A stretch of 64,000 bases of DNA from an uncultured bacterium. Lineage in GTDB: Bacteria; Babelota; Babeliae; Babelales; Babelaceae. The stretch is from positions 640,001 to 704,000 of the forward strand of contig OY970332.1 of NCBI GenBank assembly GCA_963717435.1. Reading direction: 5' to 3'. Of this stretch, positions 51,108-61,463 are shown one piece after another. The translations under genes were made by a program, and so were the position numbers. Position 1 is the stretch's first letter. Every line of letters starts with the position of its first letter. The notes under the pieces are model-generated. The model made no database searches and was not told the origin of the DNA. It saw nothing but the letters and a program-made list of their open reading frames with translations.

Positions 51108-51788
51108 ATGTACGAACAAGATTTTCCAAGAAAAACGTCTCTTGTTGGCCTTATGCCAAAGATTTATGGCTGGATGTCAGCAGCGCTACTTGTAACTGGG
51201 GCAGTAGCATATTATGTTGCGCACACACCATCGATGATTGAAATGTTTTTGAAAAATTCTTATATGTTTTTATTTTTGATAATTGCGCAGTTGGGGTTAG
51301 TTATCGCGCTGTCAGCTTTTATTGAAAAGTTGAATTACGCCACGGCTCTTGTTTTATTTCTTTTGTATTCCGTTTTAATGGGGCTCACTTTATCAACAAT
51401 TTTTTTGGTCTATACAACTGCTTCAATAGAGGTAACTTTTTTTATCACGGCAGCTATGTTTGCAAGTATGGCGATCTACGGATATTTTACAAATACGGAT
51501 CTTTCCCAAGTCGGTTCGATTTTGATAATGGCTCTTTTTGGAATAATAATCGCGTCTCTTATAAATTTTTTCCTGAAGAGCTCTATGCTTGATACGATAA
51601 CTTCTTTTATCGGGATAGTTGTATTTGCAGGATTGACAGCATATGACGTGCAAAAATTTAAGTCGCTTTCATATGCCCGTTCGGATCAAGCGGAGAAGCT
51701 TTCTCTTATCGGCGCATTAACTTTATATTTGGATTTTATAAATCTGTTTTTAATGTTACTAAGATTTACAGGAAAGCAGAGAGACTAA
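51108..51788 (+). CDS. Bax inhibitor-1/YccA-YbhL family membrane protein
   Basis: GLTAYD.Q, ALTLYLDFINLF; likely start 51108. Confidence 0.92.
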   Translation: MYEQDFPRKTSLVGLMPKIYGWMSAALLVTGAVAYYVAHTPSMIEMFLKNSYMFLFLIIAQLGLVIALSAFIEKLNYATALVLFLLYSVLMGLTLSTIFLVYTTASIEVTFFITAAMFASMAIYGYFTNTDLSQVGSILIMALFGIIIASLINFFLKSSMLDTITSFIGIVVFAGLTAYDVQKFKSLSYARSDQAEKLSLIGALTLYLDFINLFLMLLRFTGKQRD

Positions 51789-51835
51789 GATTAAAAGTAT
51801 TAAATAAATTATATTATAATTTTTGGGGAGCAGTA

Positions 51836-53470
51836 ATGAGTAAAAATAAATATTTAATTAATTTCCTTTTTGTTTTTTTACTATTTTTTCAAATAAGCTG
51901 CCAGGCAGCATCTCAGCCAAATCAAAATGTTAAAAATATGGGGCTCGTTGATATTAACCAGAAAACCAAGTTTGCCGAGCAGTTGGTAGGTAGAGCGGCA
52001 AAATATTTTAGAGATAAAAAAATTCCTACAGCATGTAGAGATTTTCGTAAACTGGTTGATTGGCGCATTGGAGAATTAACTATATTTGTCTTTTCAGATG
52101 ACGGGAAATGCTTAATTCATGGCGACGATACAAATATTATTTGGAAAAGCTTTAATGATTATAAAACTCCAGATGATAAATCCTTAATATCTGAGATGCT
52201 TTTAAAGGGAGAAAAAGGCGGATGGCTAAACTATAAGTGGAATAACGGATTTAAATCGGCTTATGTTAAAGTCGTCCAGAAAAATAATAGAAGATATATA
52301 ATTGGGACAGGATTTTATCCTGAGACTCAAGAATATATAGTCGAACAGCTTGTTAAATCTGCTGTGACTACTTTCAATGAGGATGGCAAAAAAGAGTGTT
52401 TTGATCTGATTGACAATCAAGTGGGGCCATTTGTTAAGGGTGATATATATCTATTCGCTTATGATTTTAATGGTAACAATCTTGCGCATGGTGAAAATAT
52501 TGCTTATGTGGGGCAGAATCTTTTAACTCTTGTCGATTCAACCGGCACGCCTATTATACAAAAGATGATAGATATAGCTAAAATGCCTAGTGGCATTGGC
52601 TGGTTAGATTATACATGGGCGGGTGTTCCTAAAAGAGGATACGTTCATAGAATAACTGATCCTAAGACAAACGTCCCATATTTTATTGGTGCGGGTTATT
52701 ACCCCGAAGTTGATGAAGATTTCGTTAAAGGTTTTGTTGGAAGCGCGATAAAATATCTAAAAACAAATGGAGCGGAGGCATCATTCAGATCATTTAATAA
52801 CATTGTCGGACCATTTGCCCAAGGAGGCTTGAGAATTCAGGTTTATGAAATGGATGGAAAAAACGTAGCAAATGGAGATAATCCTGGATTTGTCGGTCAA
52901 AATCTTATAAAAAGAAAAGATGCTGAAGGCCGAGAAATTATTGCTGCAATGATAGCTGAGGCTAAGAAAAATGGCAGCGGCTGGATATCTTTCTTAAACA
53001 AAAATGCTTACGAACAAACTTATTTTGAAAGAGTAGAGATCCAGGATGGTATTTATGTCGTCAGCGCAGGCTTTTACCCTTCATCTAAAGAACAAAGTGT
53101 GAAAGGGCTTGTCGAAAAAGCTGTTATAAGTCTCAGAGCATCTAAGAATTATGAGGCATTTACGGAATTTACAGCAAAGGACAGCGATTTCTTTAGAGGT
53201 GACCTGAGAATATTTGCATATGACACACAGGGCATCTGTTACGCAAATGGCGATGATACATCTGTGATATGGAAGAATTTTAAAACAGGAAAAGATATTG
53301 TCGGAAGAAGAGTCTTAGATAATATTCTAACTACTGGATCTTCTGGTGGAGGATGGGTTGAATACAAGGTCAATAATGCTTCACGCAGAGTTTATGTTAA
53401 ATCTGTAGATAAGAAGATTGAGGGACAAGAGCCTAAAACTTACGTAGTGGGTTGTGGATATTATTTATAA
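51836..53470 (+). CDS. Secreted protein with four tandem single-Cache domains
   Basis: Four repeats of 'V..A......G....F....G.L.IF..D..G.....G.......D..G......M.....GGW..Y......K..YV.......G.G.Y'. Confidence 0.85.
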   Translation: MSKNKYLINFLFVFLLFFQISCQAASQPNQNVKNMGLVDINQKTKFAEQLVGRAAKYFRDKKIPTACRDFRKLVDWRIGELTIFVFSDDGKCLIHGDDTNIIWKSFNDYKTPDDKSLISEMLLKGEKGGWLNYKWNNGFKSAYVKVVQKNNRRYIIGTGFYPETQEYIVEQLVKSAVTTFNEDGKKECFDLIDNQVGPFVKGDIYLFAYDFNGNNLAHGENIAYVGQNLLTLVDSTGTPIIQKMIDIAKMPSGIGWLDYTWAGVPKRGYVHRITDPKTNVPYFIGAGYYPEVDEDFVKGFVGSAIKYLKTNGAEASFRSFNNIVGPFAQGGLRIQVYEMDGKNVANGDNPGFVGQNLIKRKDAEGREIIAAMIAEAKKNGSGWISFLNKNAYEQTYFERVEIQDGIYVVSAGFYPSSKEQSVKGLVEKAVISLRASKNYEAFTEFTAKDSDFFRGDLRIFAYDTQGICYANGDDTSVIWKNFKTGKDIVGRRVLDNILTTGSSGGGWVEYKVNNASRRVYVKSVDKKIEGQEPKTYVVGCGYYL

Positions 53471-53482
53471 ATAATAAAAAAT

Positions 53483-53522
53483 AAAATGGGTCACAGAGAA
53501 TCAAATCTCTGTGACCCATTTT
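53483..53522. terminator. Intrinsic terminator
   Basis: AAAATGGGTCACAGAGA...TCTCTGTGACCCATTTT. Confidence 0.88.
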
Positions 53523-53634
53523 TGTTTAAAAAATTAAAATAAAAATTTGTAACTATTGACACAAGAGTGTCTAAATTTTCAAAATCTTTTCTAGCCTGTT
53601 CTAGAATTCAAAAAATATTAAGGGAAAAATTTTG

Positions 53635-56600
53635 ATGAAGATAATAAAAAATTTTTATCTGTTTTTTTTGTTGAGCTTTTCTGCATCTTTTGCTTTAAAC
53701 AATTCTGATGATGCAGATCTAATTATTCCAGATTTGATCGATTATACCGGATTTTCTGGAGATAGTATCGTCTCTTGGGATGATATTGCCCCAACAAGTT
53801 TTGATCCTGATATGCCTGAAGAGGTCAAAGAAGATATAGTAAAAAGCGAAGATATTGTAGTTTATATTCCATTTTTTGGGTACATAATAGTAAAAAAACA
53901 GGAAGATTCTAATGGCAATAGGATTTGGAAGGCGGCACCTGATAGCCAACAAAAAGTTGTTAAACTTGGTGACGCTATCACCTTCAGCAATTTGGATTTG
54001 TTAATTGATAAAGATAAGAGATTAACTTTTTCGGCAGGCGCAGATATTAATGGGACAAAGGGGAAAATAATTTTAAACAAATCTAAATCTGGCGCAAAAG
54101 CAGCAAAAATAATTAATATCTATGGTGCGAAATTTGTTTTTGATTTTGTTAATAAACCTACTTGGAAGCCTTTTTCCGGCGCGTCTATTACAGCAGATAA
54201 AATTGAACTTGCTGTTGAGAAAAATTTAGTAGAACTTTCTGCCGATTTTAAAGACGCTCAGGTTGCAGATTTTGGGAAAATCGATAAGGGCAGTATTAGA
54301 TTAAGTCGAGAAAAAGGCGAAAATCCCATTTTAAATATGACTGGCGTTGGAAGTTTGAATTTGCCTGAAATAGGCCAAGTTTCTTATAAGCTTACTTCGT
54401 CTTTAAATACTTCAGGAAATTTTTTATTAAAAGCATCACTTAAAGATATTAATTATAAAAGCCTAAATCTAAAAAAAGTAAAAGCTGTTTTTAATACAGA
54501 ATCTAAAGATTTTAAAATCAAGGGCAAAGCGGATTTGTTCGGGCTTGATGTAGTTATTACACTAAAGCGAGCATCTGATAAGTGGCTGCTCAAAGGCAAA
54601 ATTAGCAAAGATACAATTTTGTCCATGCCATTTTATGATGGTCGTGTATTAGATTTTACAAAGGCTGAATTTTTGATCGAAAAAGATCAGATTCTAATTA
54701 AAGCTTATTCTAAAATCGACACTATGCCCATAACTTTGACATTGATTGCTGCGAAGAACTCTTCAGCCCAGTTTGAAATTAATGACATTACGCTTGCGCA
54801 ACTTGTTCCATCCACTGCTGATACCAAAGTTGGCGATATTAAGATTCACAATATTTTAGGCAAAATAAAATCTGGAAAAATCGATATCTTCTCGCCCAAA
54901 GTTACAAAGCCTGTAGTTTTGCCGTCAGAGGATCCTGACTTTGATGATCTAGACGTCCCTGATTATGATTACAAAGAATATACAGCAGATGAAGAAGGGC
55001 TAGAATTTTTAATTACTGCGGCGGGAAATCTTTCAGCCATTGTTCCAACTATGAAAAATTTGGATGTTCAGGTTACGGCAAGCGGCGGACCTAAAGCGGG
55101 CTTCTTTATGGATGCGTCTTTGGATAATATTGAGTTCCCTGAATTTGGAAAAATTGCTAACGCCAGAGCTTTTGTTTCTGCTCCAGCTTGCGGCTTAACT
55201 TATGTGGCTGAAAAAAATAGATCAGAAAAAGAAAAAATTTTAAGTACTAAAGATAAAGATTTGGCATGCGCGGGTCTAGCCTTTGGAATTTCTGGTCAGG
55301 GAGAGACAAAGCTGCCAAAGATTGGGACCGTTAAATATTTGCTTAGTGCGAGCTTTGCTGAAAATAATGCATTAATAATAAAAGCGGATATCGGGGATAT
55401 TCTCTATGAGGGCATTAACATAGAAAAAGCCTATGTAATGTTTAATACAAAAACCAATGATTTTGAGATAATAGGGCATGCAAATCTCGCTAACTTAGTT
55501 ACTCCCACAAAAAAGAAAAGTGACAATATTGCTGATCTAAGAGTTAAAGTTGTGTTAAAAAGAGATACATCTCAGGAAATATCTAGCATAAAATATTATA
55601 AATTTAATGGTATAGTTGAAAATGAAATTAAGCCAATAAAAAGTGTTCCGGTTACAATATTAAATGGTTCGGTTTCTTTTGATAAAGACGAAAATTATTA
55701 TAAATTTGGAATAGCAGGTGATATAAAAATAGAAGATCATATAATAAGTTCAACTTCAAGATATATTCACGGGCCCGATAATGACTTATTCTCAATAAGC
55801 GCATCACTTTTTGAGGCAGGACCCAAGGCAAAAGATTGGACGCTTTCAAGTCTTTCACCAGTATTTAAAAACACACCATTTGAAGGGTTGCATTGTAGCG
55901 CAGCATATTTAATAATTTCATCAGACAGTTATCTTAATGAAGAAATTGATGAGCAAGTTGCAGCCGGTATCAATTTTATTGGGGATTTTGAGGATTTTAT
56001 TACGCCATTTGGTTCGTTAAAGAGTGTTTTAGGGAACACAAAAAACAGCGCACGTGTTTTTGGATCTTTGAATTTTTCAAATATCAGAGATAGCTTTTTG
56101 GGTATAAAATTTGATGTTGGCCTAAAAGATCTGAATGCCGGAAGCAAAATTAAAAGTGGAGGCTTGGGACTTGCTATTTCTGGAAAGCCAGATGTTGAAT
56201 TTGAATTTTCTATCGTTGTTGATATTGACCCATCTCAAAGTCCATTAGGATTCGCGTTCTCCCTAAAACTTGATGAACTTGCAAACGTAGAAGTTGCTGG
56301 AGATATGAATGGTTGCTGGAAAGATCCGTTCAAAATAAGGGGACTTTCTGTTTGCGAGCTCGGGCTAGATTTTGGTATAAATATTCCGCAATTTATCGCA
56401 TCGGGAATCCCGGCAGGATTTGGAATTAAGGGTTATATAGAAGTTCCTGGTAGTAAAAAAAGATTTGTTGTTGCTATAGGTGTTAATAGCACCTCACCTG
56501 AACAAAACTATTTGGTTGCCGAACTTGAAGGAGAGCTGGCACTTACAGAAATCGTAGGCTTTGCCTTAGAGCTTGCAACAGCTATAGTCAATTCTGGAAA

Positions 56601-57834
56601 TAACAAACTTATAAGCTCAAGTAATATCGATCTTAAAAATATTCCACAATTATCAATTAAAGATGTTTTATTAAAGATTGTTCCGCCGGGCAAATCTGTT
56701 ACAGTTGGAGATGAAATCTACACTCCAGGATTTACATTCAGAGGTAAGATGAACTTGTTTGGAAAAAATGCGCTTGTAAATATACAGACAAGTGAGTTAG
56801 GTGTTTCCGGAGAAGGTTATTTGGAAAAAGTAGAAATTAAAGATCTTCTATTGCTAACAGGTGCCGGACCTGATGCAAAATATGGCACTGCTGATGATGG
56901 CGCATATGTGAGTGTGGCTATAACTCCGCTCGATCAGCACTTCTTTGTTACAGGAAAAATAGCTATAGGGCTCGAGAAATTTAGAATTTTTGAATCTGAA
57001 ACAAATATTTATATTTCAGCATTAGAGGGTCTAAAGTTTTCAAGCCAAACCAGTTTGTTTGGAACAGATATACAAGTTTCTATGACTGTGATAATTCCTG
57101 GAGTGAAGGATGTTCTTAAAGATAAAAATGCTCTAAGGAAAACTTCTTTGGATATTCTGTTTAAAAATGAGTTTAGCGATAAATTAAAAGCAGACATTAT
57201 AGAAGGACTCAAAGAAGCAGATAAAGCTATGAAGCAGGCCGCTATCGATGCCAACAAAGCATTTGACCAGGCAATTAAAGATCTGCAAGATCAGAAAAAC
57301 GCAGGAATTAAAAAAGCAAACGACGATCTTGATAACTTGCAAAAACAATTGAATAACACAAAATCCCAACTAGATAGACTTGATAAGGGCAACCCGAGTA
57401 ATTGGGGTAAAGCAGCTGAGCTTGGCATAGCAATTGGAACCCTTGAGGCATCAGTAAGAACTGGAAAAGAGCTTGTTAACAGTCTTGGAAAGCCAGTTCT
57501 GACGGCGACCCAAGAAATAATTGACAAAGCAGGGCGTGTAGTTTCAGATAATGTCCTAAAGGGCACAAATTTGGTTGTCCAAGTCGGAGGCAAGTACGTT
57601 GTGGTTGAAGGACTATCGACACTATATCAAGCATTTTCAATCAACGAAGTTTACTTCCATGGGTCAGTTGGCGAAATAGAAAAAGGCAGAATGCCAAAAT
57701 TAAAGGTTGTCATAACGCTTTCTGGTAAAAGATATACGATTGACGGCGAGTTGGATTTCAGAGATATAGGCAAGAGTATTGAGAGACTTGCCAATACAGT
57801 GAAAGATAATATATTGAAATTATTTAATAAATAA
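53635..57834 (+). CDS. Very large secreted beta-rich protein with C-terminal coiled coil
   Basis: About 1400 aa, signal peptide, internal repeat, no recognised catalytic motif. Confidence 0.8.
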   Translation: MKIIKNFYLFFLLSFSASFALNNSDDADLIIPDLIDYTGFSGDSIVSWDDIAPTSFDPDMPEEVKEDIVKSEDIVVYIPFFGYIIVKKQEDSNGNRIWKAAPDSQQKVVKLGDAITFSNLDLLIDKDKRLTFSAGADINGTKGKIILNKSKSGAKAAKIINIYGAKFVFDFVNKPTWKPFSGASITADKIELAVEKNLVELSADFKDAQVADFGKIDKGSIRLSREKGENPILNMTGVGSLNLPEIGQVSYKLTSSLNTSGNFLLKASLKDINYKSLNLKKVKAVFNTESKDFKIKGKADLFGLDVVITLKRASDKWLLKGKISKDTILSMPFYDGRVLDFTKAEFLIEKDQILIKAYSKIDTMPITLTLIAAKNSSAQFEINDITLAQLVPSTADTKVGDIKIHNILGKIKSGKIDIFSPKVTKPVVLPSEDPDFDDLDVPDYDYKEYTADEEGLEFLITAAGNLSAIVPTMKNLDVQVTASGGPKAGFFMDASLDNIEFPEFGKIANARAFVSAPACGLTYVAEKNRSEKEKILSTKDKDLACAGLAFGISGQGETKLPKIGTVKYLLSASFAENNALIIKADIGDILYEGINIEKAYVMFNTKTNDFEIIGHANLANLVTPTKKKSDNIADLRVKVVLKRDTSQEISSIKYYKFNGIVENEIKPIKSVPVTILNGSVSFDKDENYYKFGIAGDIKIEDHIISSTSRYIHGPDNDLFSISASLFEAGPKAKDWTLSSLSPVFKNTPFEGLHCSAAYLIISSDSYLNEEIDEQVAAGINFIGDFEDFITPFGSLKSVLGNTKNSARVFGSLNFSNIRDSFLGIKFDVGLKDLNAGSKIKSGGLGLAISGKPDVEFEFSIVVDIDPSQSPLGFAFSLKLDELANVEVAGDMNGCWKDPFKIRGLSVCELGLDFGINIPQFIASGIPAGFGIKGYIEVPGSKKRFVVAIGVNSTSPEQNYLVAELEGELALTEIVGFALELATAIVNSGNNKLISSSNIDLKNIPQLSIKDVLLKIVPPGKSVTVGDEIYTPGFTFRGKMNLFGKNALVNIQTSELGVSGEGYLEKVEIKDLLLLTGAGPDAKYGTADDGAYVSVAITPLDQHFFVTGKIAIGLEKFRIFESETNIYISALEGLKFSSQTSLFGTDIQVSMTVIIPGVKDVLKDKNALRKTSLDILFKNEFSDKLKADIIEGLKEADKAMKQAAIDANKAFDQAIKDLQDQKNAGIKKANDDLDNLQKQLNNTKSQLDRLDKGNPSNWGKAAELGIAIGTLEASVRTGKELVNSLGKPVLTATQEIIDKAGRVVSDNVLKGTNLVVQVGGKYVVVEGLSTLYQAFSINEVYFHGSVGEIEKGRMPKLKVVITLSGKRYTIDGELDFRDIGKSIERLANTVKDNILKLFNK

Positions 57835-57841
57835 ATAATTA

Positions 57842-57867
57842 ATGGGGCCGTAATTAATCGGCCCCAT
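57842..57867 (+). terminator. Terminator-like hairpin
   Basis: ATGGGGCCG...CGGCCCCAT. Confidence 0.65.
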
Positions 57868-57961
57868 AGAATTTTGATAGATTTTTAATTTACAATTTTT
57901 TATTCCAGAAAAATTAAATTTTCTGTACAATTTGATTAGTAAATTTTTTTAGGGGCTTCTT

Positions 57962-59815
57962 ATGAATTTTGGAAATAAAATTATTAGGTTTTTAGAGGTT
58001 GTTGCCAATAAGCAGCTAAGAACTAAAATCATACCGGTGGATTTTAAGGCTCCATGGTGGAAAGTTATAACGGATCAAAAACTTTATCTTTCCATAATGC
58101 TTATAAGTTTCTTTTTGGTTGATGTTTTCAAAACGCTTTTTCCTATGTTAATAGCGATAGTTTTTGAAAACCCCAAAGTTGAATATTTGGGTATGCTTAT
58201 TTTAGGTTGGATTGTAGTTGTTGCTATCGAGCATATAAAGAAAATATCGCACGCAGCTCTTCTTGCACAATCTGTCCAAAGCGTACATTATCATGCGCAC
58301 AAAATGTTTTTATTAGTGGACCCGATATATCACACTTATAGAGCCACCGGGTCTATTCTTGGCAAAATAAACCGAGCATCTGTTTCTTATGAAGATTTTA
58401 TAGAAGCATGGGATGATATAATACCGACAATTATAAGTGCAGTAACTGCAACTGTCTCCATGGCATTTTTTGACAGTAGTTTGAGTTTATATGCAGGAGC
58501 AACACTTTTATTTTTGGGGGTATTTAGCTCAATAATTATGACCTACGCAACGTTTGAATTTGAAACTGTTGTTAATCGTGCCGATGACAACCAAAAAGCG
58601 GTCAGCGTTGAAAATCTTACTCAGGTGAATTTAATACGTTCAGTTTTTGCAAGTTCTTTGATGGTTTCAAAACTTAAAGATACGCATAAAACTGTTTTAA
58701 AAGCAGATATGTCTTTAAGATTGGTTTATATTTTATTGCGAACATTTTTTTATATGTCTTATGTGGCAGTTTTGGCTATCATGGGTGTCTATGTAATCAG
58801 ACTAGTTAATGCGGGCACTATGACGGCTGTGTTAGCTACGTCGTTAATTTTGACTTATATTCGCGGAACTGAAGATGTGCTGAGAATATCAAGCCCCATA
58901 AGATATTTTATGAGAGCTTATACCAGAATTACAGATTTTTTTGATTTTGCAAAAAAGTTTGGCAGACAAACTTATCCTGTTTTATCCGTTGGGACCGTAA
59001 AAGAAGCTATTGTGCATGAGATAAAATCAAATAAAGAAATCGTTTTAGACGCCTCAAGCATATCGTTTGATTATTTTTCTGGGGCGAGAATATTTGATGA
59101 TCATAATTTTAAATTAACTATAAATATTGATCAGAAAAATAAACTTTGTGGAATTATCGGGCCATCGGGCGCTGGTAAGACAACATTTTTTTCAATATTT
59201 GGTGGTCAATTGAGACCTGCATTAGGAACTGTAAAACTTAATGGCATAGATATTTATTCGATAGATGACGACTCTCGTCGAGATCTTATAGCCTTGCAGG
59301 GACAGATAGCAACCACTTTGCGAGGTACGCTAAAATATAATCTATTATTCGGTATCCCAAAAGACATCGCATGTTACCCAGATGATTTATTAATAAATAT
59401 TTTAGAGGCGGTAGGTTTATGGGCTATTTTCAAAAATAAAGACGGCCTAAATACAATGATAGGTGAGGGTGGCTTTGGTTTATCAGGTGGACAAAAACAA
59501 CGCCTAAATTTTGCTAATTTGTATTTAAGAGCGCAATTCTATAGACCAATTTTAATTTTGATTGATGAGCCAACAAGTAGTTTGGATGAGATTAGCGAGA
59601 AGGCTATCACAGAGATGATTTCAGAACTTGCAAAGACTGCAGTCACGCTTGTAATTGCTCACAGGATTAAGACTCTTGAAGATGCAATTGGGATTCTTGA
59701 TTTCTCTTTGTTGTCTTCAGAAAAAGATATGAAATTTTATAGCAAGCAAGAGCTTCAATCTCACTCGCCGTATTATCAAAAATTGCTCAGAGGGGAATAT
59801 TCTATTGAAGAGTAA
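57962..59815 (+). CDS. ABC exporter, fused permease + ATPase
   Basis: TM domain, GPSGAGKT, LSGGQ, LIDEPTS, AHR. Confidence 0.93.
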   Translation: MNFGNKIIRFLEVVANKQLRTKIIPVDFKAPWWKVITDQKLYLSIMLISFFLVDVFKTLFPMLIAIVFENPKVEYLGMLILGWIVVVAIEHIKKISHAALLAQSVQSVHYHAHKMFLLVDPIYHTYRATGSILGKINRASVSYEDFIEAWDDIIPTIISAVTATVSMAFFDSSLSLYAGATLLFLGVFSSIIMTYATFEFETVVNRADDNQKAVSVENLTQVNLIRSVFASSLMVSKLKDTHKTVLKADMSLRLVYILLRTFFYMSYVAVLAIMGVYVIRLVNAGTMTAVLATSLILTYIRGTEDVLRISSPIRYFMRAYTRITDFFDFAKKFGRQTYPVLSVGTVKEAIVHEIKSNKEIVLDASSISFDYFSGARIFDDHNFKLTINIDQKNKLCGIIGPSGAGKTTFFSIFGGQLRPALGTVKLNGIDIYSIDDDSRRDLIALQGQIATTLRGTLKYNLLFGIPKDIACYPDDLLINILEAVGLWAIFKNKDGLNTMIGEGGFGLSGGQKQRLNFANLYLRAQFYRPILILIDEPTSSLDEISEKAITEMISELAKTAVTLVIAHRIKTLEDAIGILDFSLLSSEKDMKFYSKQELQSHSPYYQKLLRGEYSIEE

Positions 59816-59848
59816 TAGAAGATAGTAATTTTGCTATTTAAGACAACT

Positions 59849-60841
59849 TTAGAGACTCTTTAGAGAATTTATTGTTATATTCTTTTCAAAATCAAGTAAG
59901 TTTACAAGTAATTTATCTATTAATTCTTCGTCATCTATTTCACTTAAATATTTTTGTGTTAAATATTTAATATTCTCTGGATTAGCTCTTTCTAATAAAA
60001 TTTCTGCGATTTTTATTAGATTATTTATATCTTCTTCTTTCATACAATCAATATTGTCAATATATTCAATAAGTTTAAATAGAACTAGGTCCACAGCATT
60101 TTTTATGCAGGCTTTATCTTCCAAGCTAAATATATTGTCTGCGTTGGGATTATAAGTTTTCAGTTCTTGATTTACATCGGCACCATTTTCTACCAAAAGT
60201 TTCACTGTTTCAAGACAGGGTATATAGGGCTCTAAAGCCAGAGATAACGGTGTGCTGAAATTGATTGATATATGTGATGTTTTAATAAAAGGTCGGTCTA
60301 GGCGTACTATAGCAATATCTAATTCATGTACTTTGGCGTACTCGTTTATAAATAAATTTAACTTATCAAGTTGTGGCAAAACGTCTTTTAAAAAATTAAT
60401 ATCATTGAGACAAACTGCCAAATGCAGGCCGTTGATTAAATATCTCAGGTGCTCTTTTTCGATTTCTTCCGTTTCAAATGGGAAATCGTTGGGGAGTGAT
60501 CCATAATCAATCGCAAGAAATTCAACATCAATAAATCCAACAAAAATCGAAAAATCTGGCACTTTTTTGTCTATTTTTTCTAAGAGATAATCGTTAACTT
60601 TTTTTGTATAGATTTTTTTACCAATTTCATGAGCAAACTTACTTGTGCCGTTGACTTGATCTAGGTATCTTATTGGATCTCTGGTATATACCGAATTTTT
60701 CTCATTTGAGGTTTTTTGTGATTTTGAATCGACATTTTGGCTGAAAAAACCGCTATCAGGTCCATTTCTTTTCATAGAAAGACTGTTTTCAGTGAATAAG
60801 CTTGATATTAAAATTGTTAAGAAGAGATTCGAAAATTTCAT
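59849..60841 (-). CDS. Secreted protein with degenerate ankyrin repeats
   Basis: Signal peptide, GLHLAV, TPLSLA...VKLLVENGADVN. Confidence 0.75.
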   Translation of the reverse strand: MKFSNLFLTILISSLFTENSLSMKRNGPDSGFFSQNVDSKSQKTSNEKNSVYTRDPIRYLDQVNGTSKFAHEIGKKIYTKKVNDYLLEKIDKKVPDFSIFVGFIDVEFLAIDYGSLPNDFPFETEEIEKEHLRYLINGLHLAVCLNDINFLKDVLPQLDKLNLFINEYAKVHELDIAIVRLDRPFIKTSHISINFSTPLSLALEPYIPCLETVKLLVENGADVNQELKTYNPNADNIFSLEDKACIKNAVDLVLFKLIEYIDNIDCMKEEDINNLIKIAEILLERANPENIKYLTQKYLSEIDDEELIDKLLVNLLDFEKNITINSLKSL

Positions 60842-60992
60842 AAACCGTCCACTATTGTTATTTTTAATTGATTTTTAAACTATATTTGTATTATACAGTA
60901 AGTAAAAATTGTTTTCAAAAGGGCTTAAACTTCGGGTCTATAAAATAGAATTTGGGGGATATTGGGATTGACTGCGTGTGGTCTAGCTCAGA

Positions 60993-61030
60993 AGACTGGC
61001 CTGCCATTCATTTCTGAAGGAAATGAATGG
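60993..61030 (-). repeat. tRNA 3'-trailer hairpin repeat, copy 1
   Basis: AGACTGGCCTGCCATTCATTTCTGAAGGAAATGAATGG (plus strand). Confidence 0.9.
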
Positions 61031-61119
61031 AGGAGAGAGAGGGATTCGAACCCTCGATCCCGCTCTCTCGAGATAACGGTTTTCAAGACCGCCGCTTTCG
61101 ACCGCTCAGCCATCTCTCC
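61028..61119 (-). tRNA. tRNA-Ser(TGA)
   Basis: GGAGAGA/TCTCTCC acceptor stem, anticodon loop CTTGAAA, long variable arm, GGTTCGAATCC, encoded CCA. Confidence 0.95.
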
Positions 61120-61131
61120 GCGCAGAATTAT

Positions 61132-61159
61132 ATTATAGCTGAGCTTTATTTAAAATCAA
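61132..61159 (-). promoter_or_regulatory. Sigma70-like promoter of tRNA-Ser(TGA)
   Basis: Minus strand TTGATT-16 nt-TATAAT just upstream of the tRNA. Confidence 0.6.
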
Positions 61160-61265
61160 CTGAAAATGGCTATAAAATTAATATTTTTAATGTTTTTTAA
61201 ATTTAATCTAGGTTTGAGACGGATTTGTTTGGTATTGAGATGGCCTGCATGCGGCGCAGATTCAT

Positions 61266-61304
61266 GAGACTGGCCTGCCATTCATTTCTGAAAGAAATGA
61301 ATGG
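61266..61304 (-). repeat. tRNA 3'-trailer hairpin repeat, copy 2
   Basis: GAGACTGGCCTGCCATTCATTTCTGAAAGAAATGAATGG (plus strand). Confidence 0.9.
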
Positions 61305-61378
61305 TGCGCCCAGGAGGAGTCGAACCTCCAACCTTCAGATCCGTAGTCTGACGCTCTATCCAGTTGAGCTATGGGCGC
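61302..61378 (-). tRNA. tRNA-Arg(ACG)
   Basis: GCGCCCA/TGGGCGC acceptor stem, anticodon loop CTACGGA, GGTTCGACTCC, encoded CCA. Confidence 0.96.
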
Positions 61379-61463
61379 GATATTTTCGAATTTAAAATTT
61401 TTTAGAATTTTGCATGTACCTGAGTTTTCTGGTGAAGAATGATATCAGGTATATTCAGGCGCA

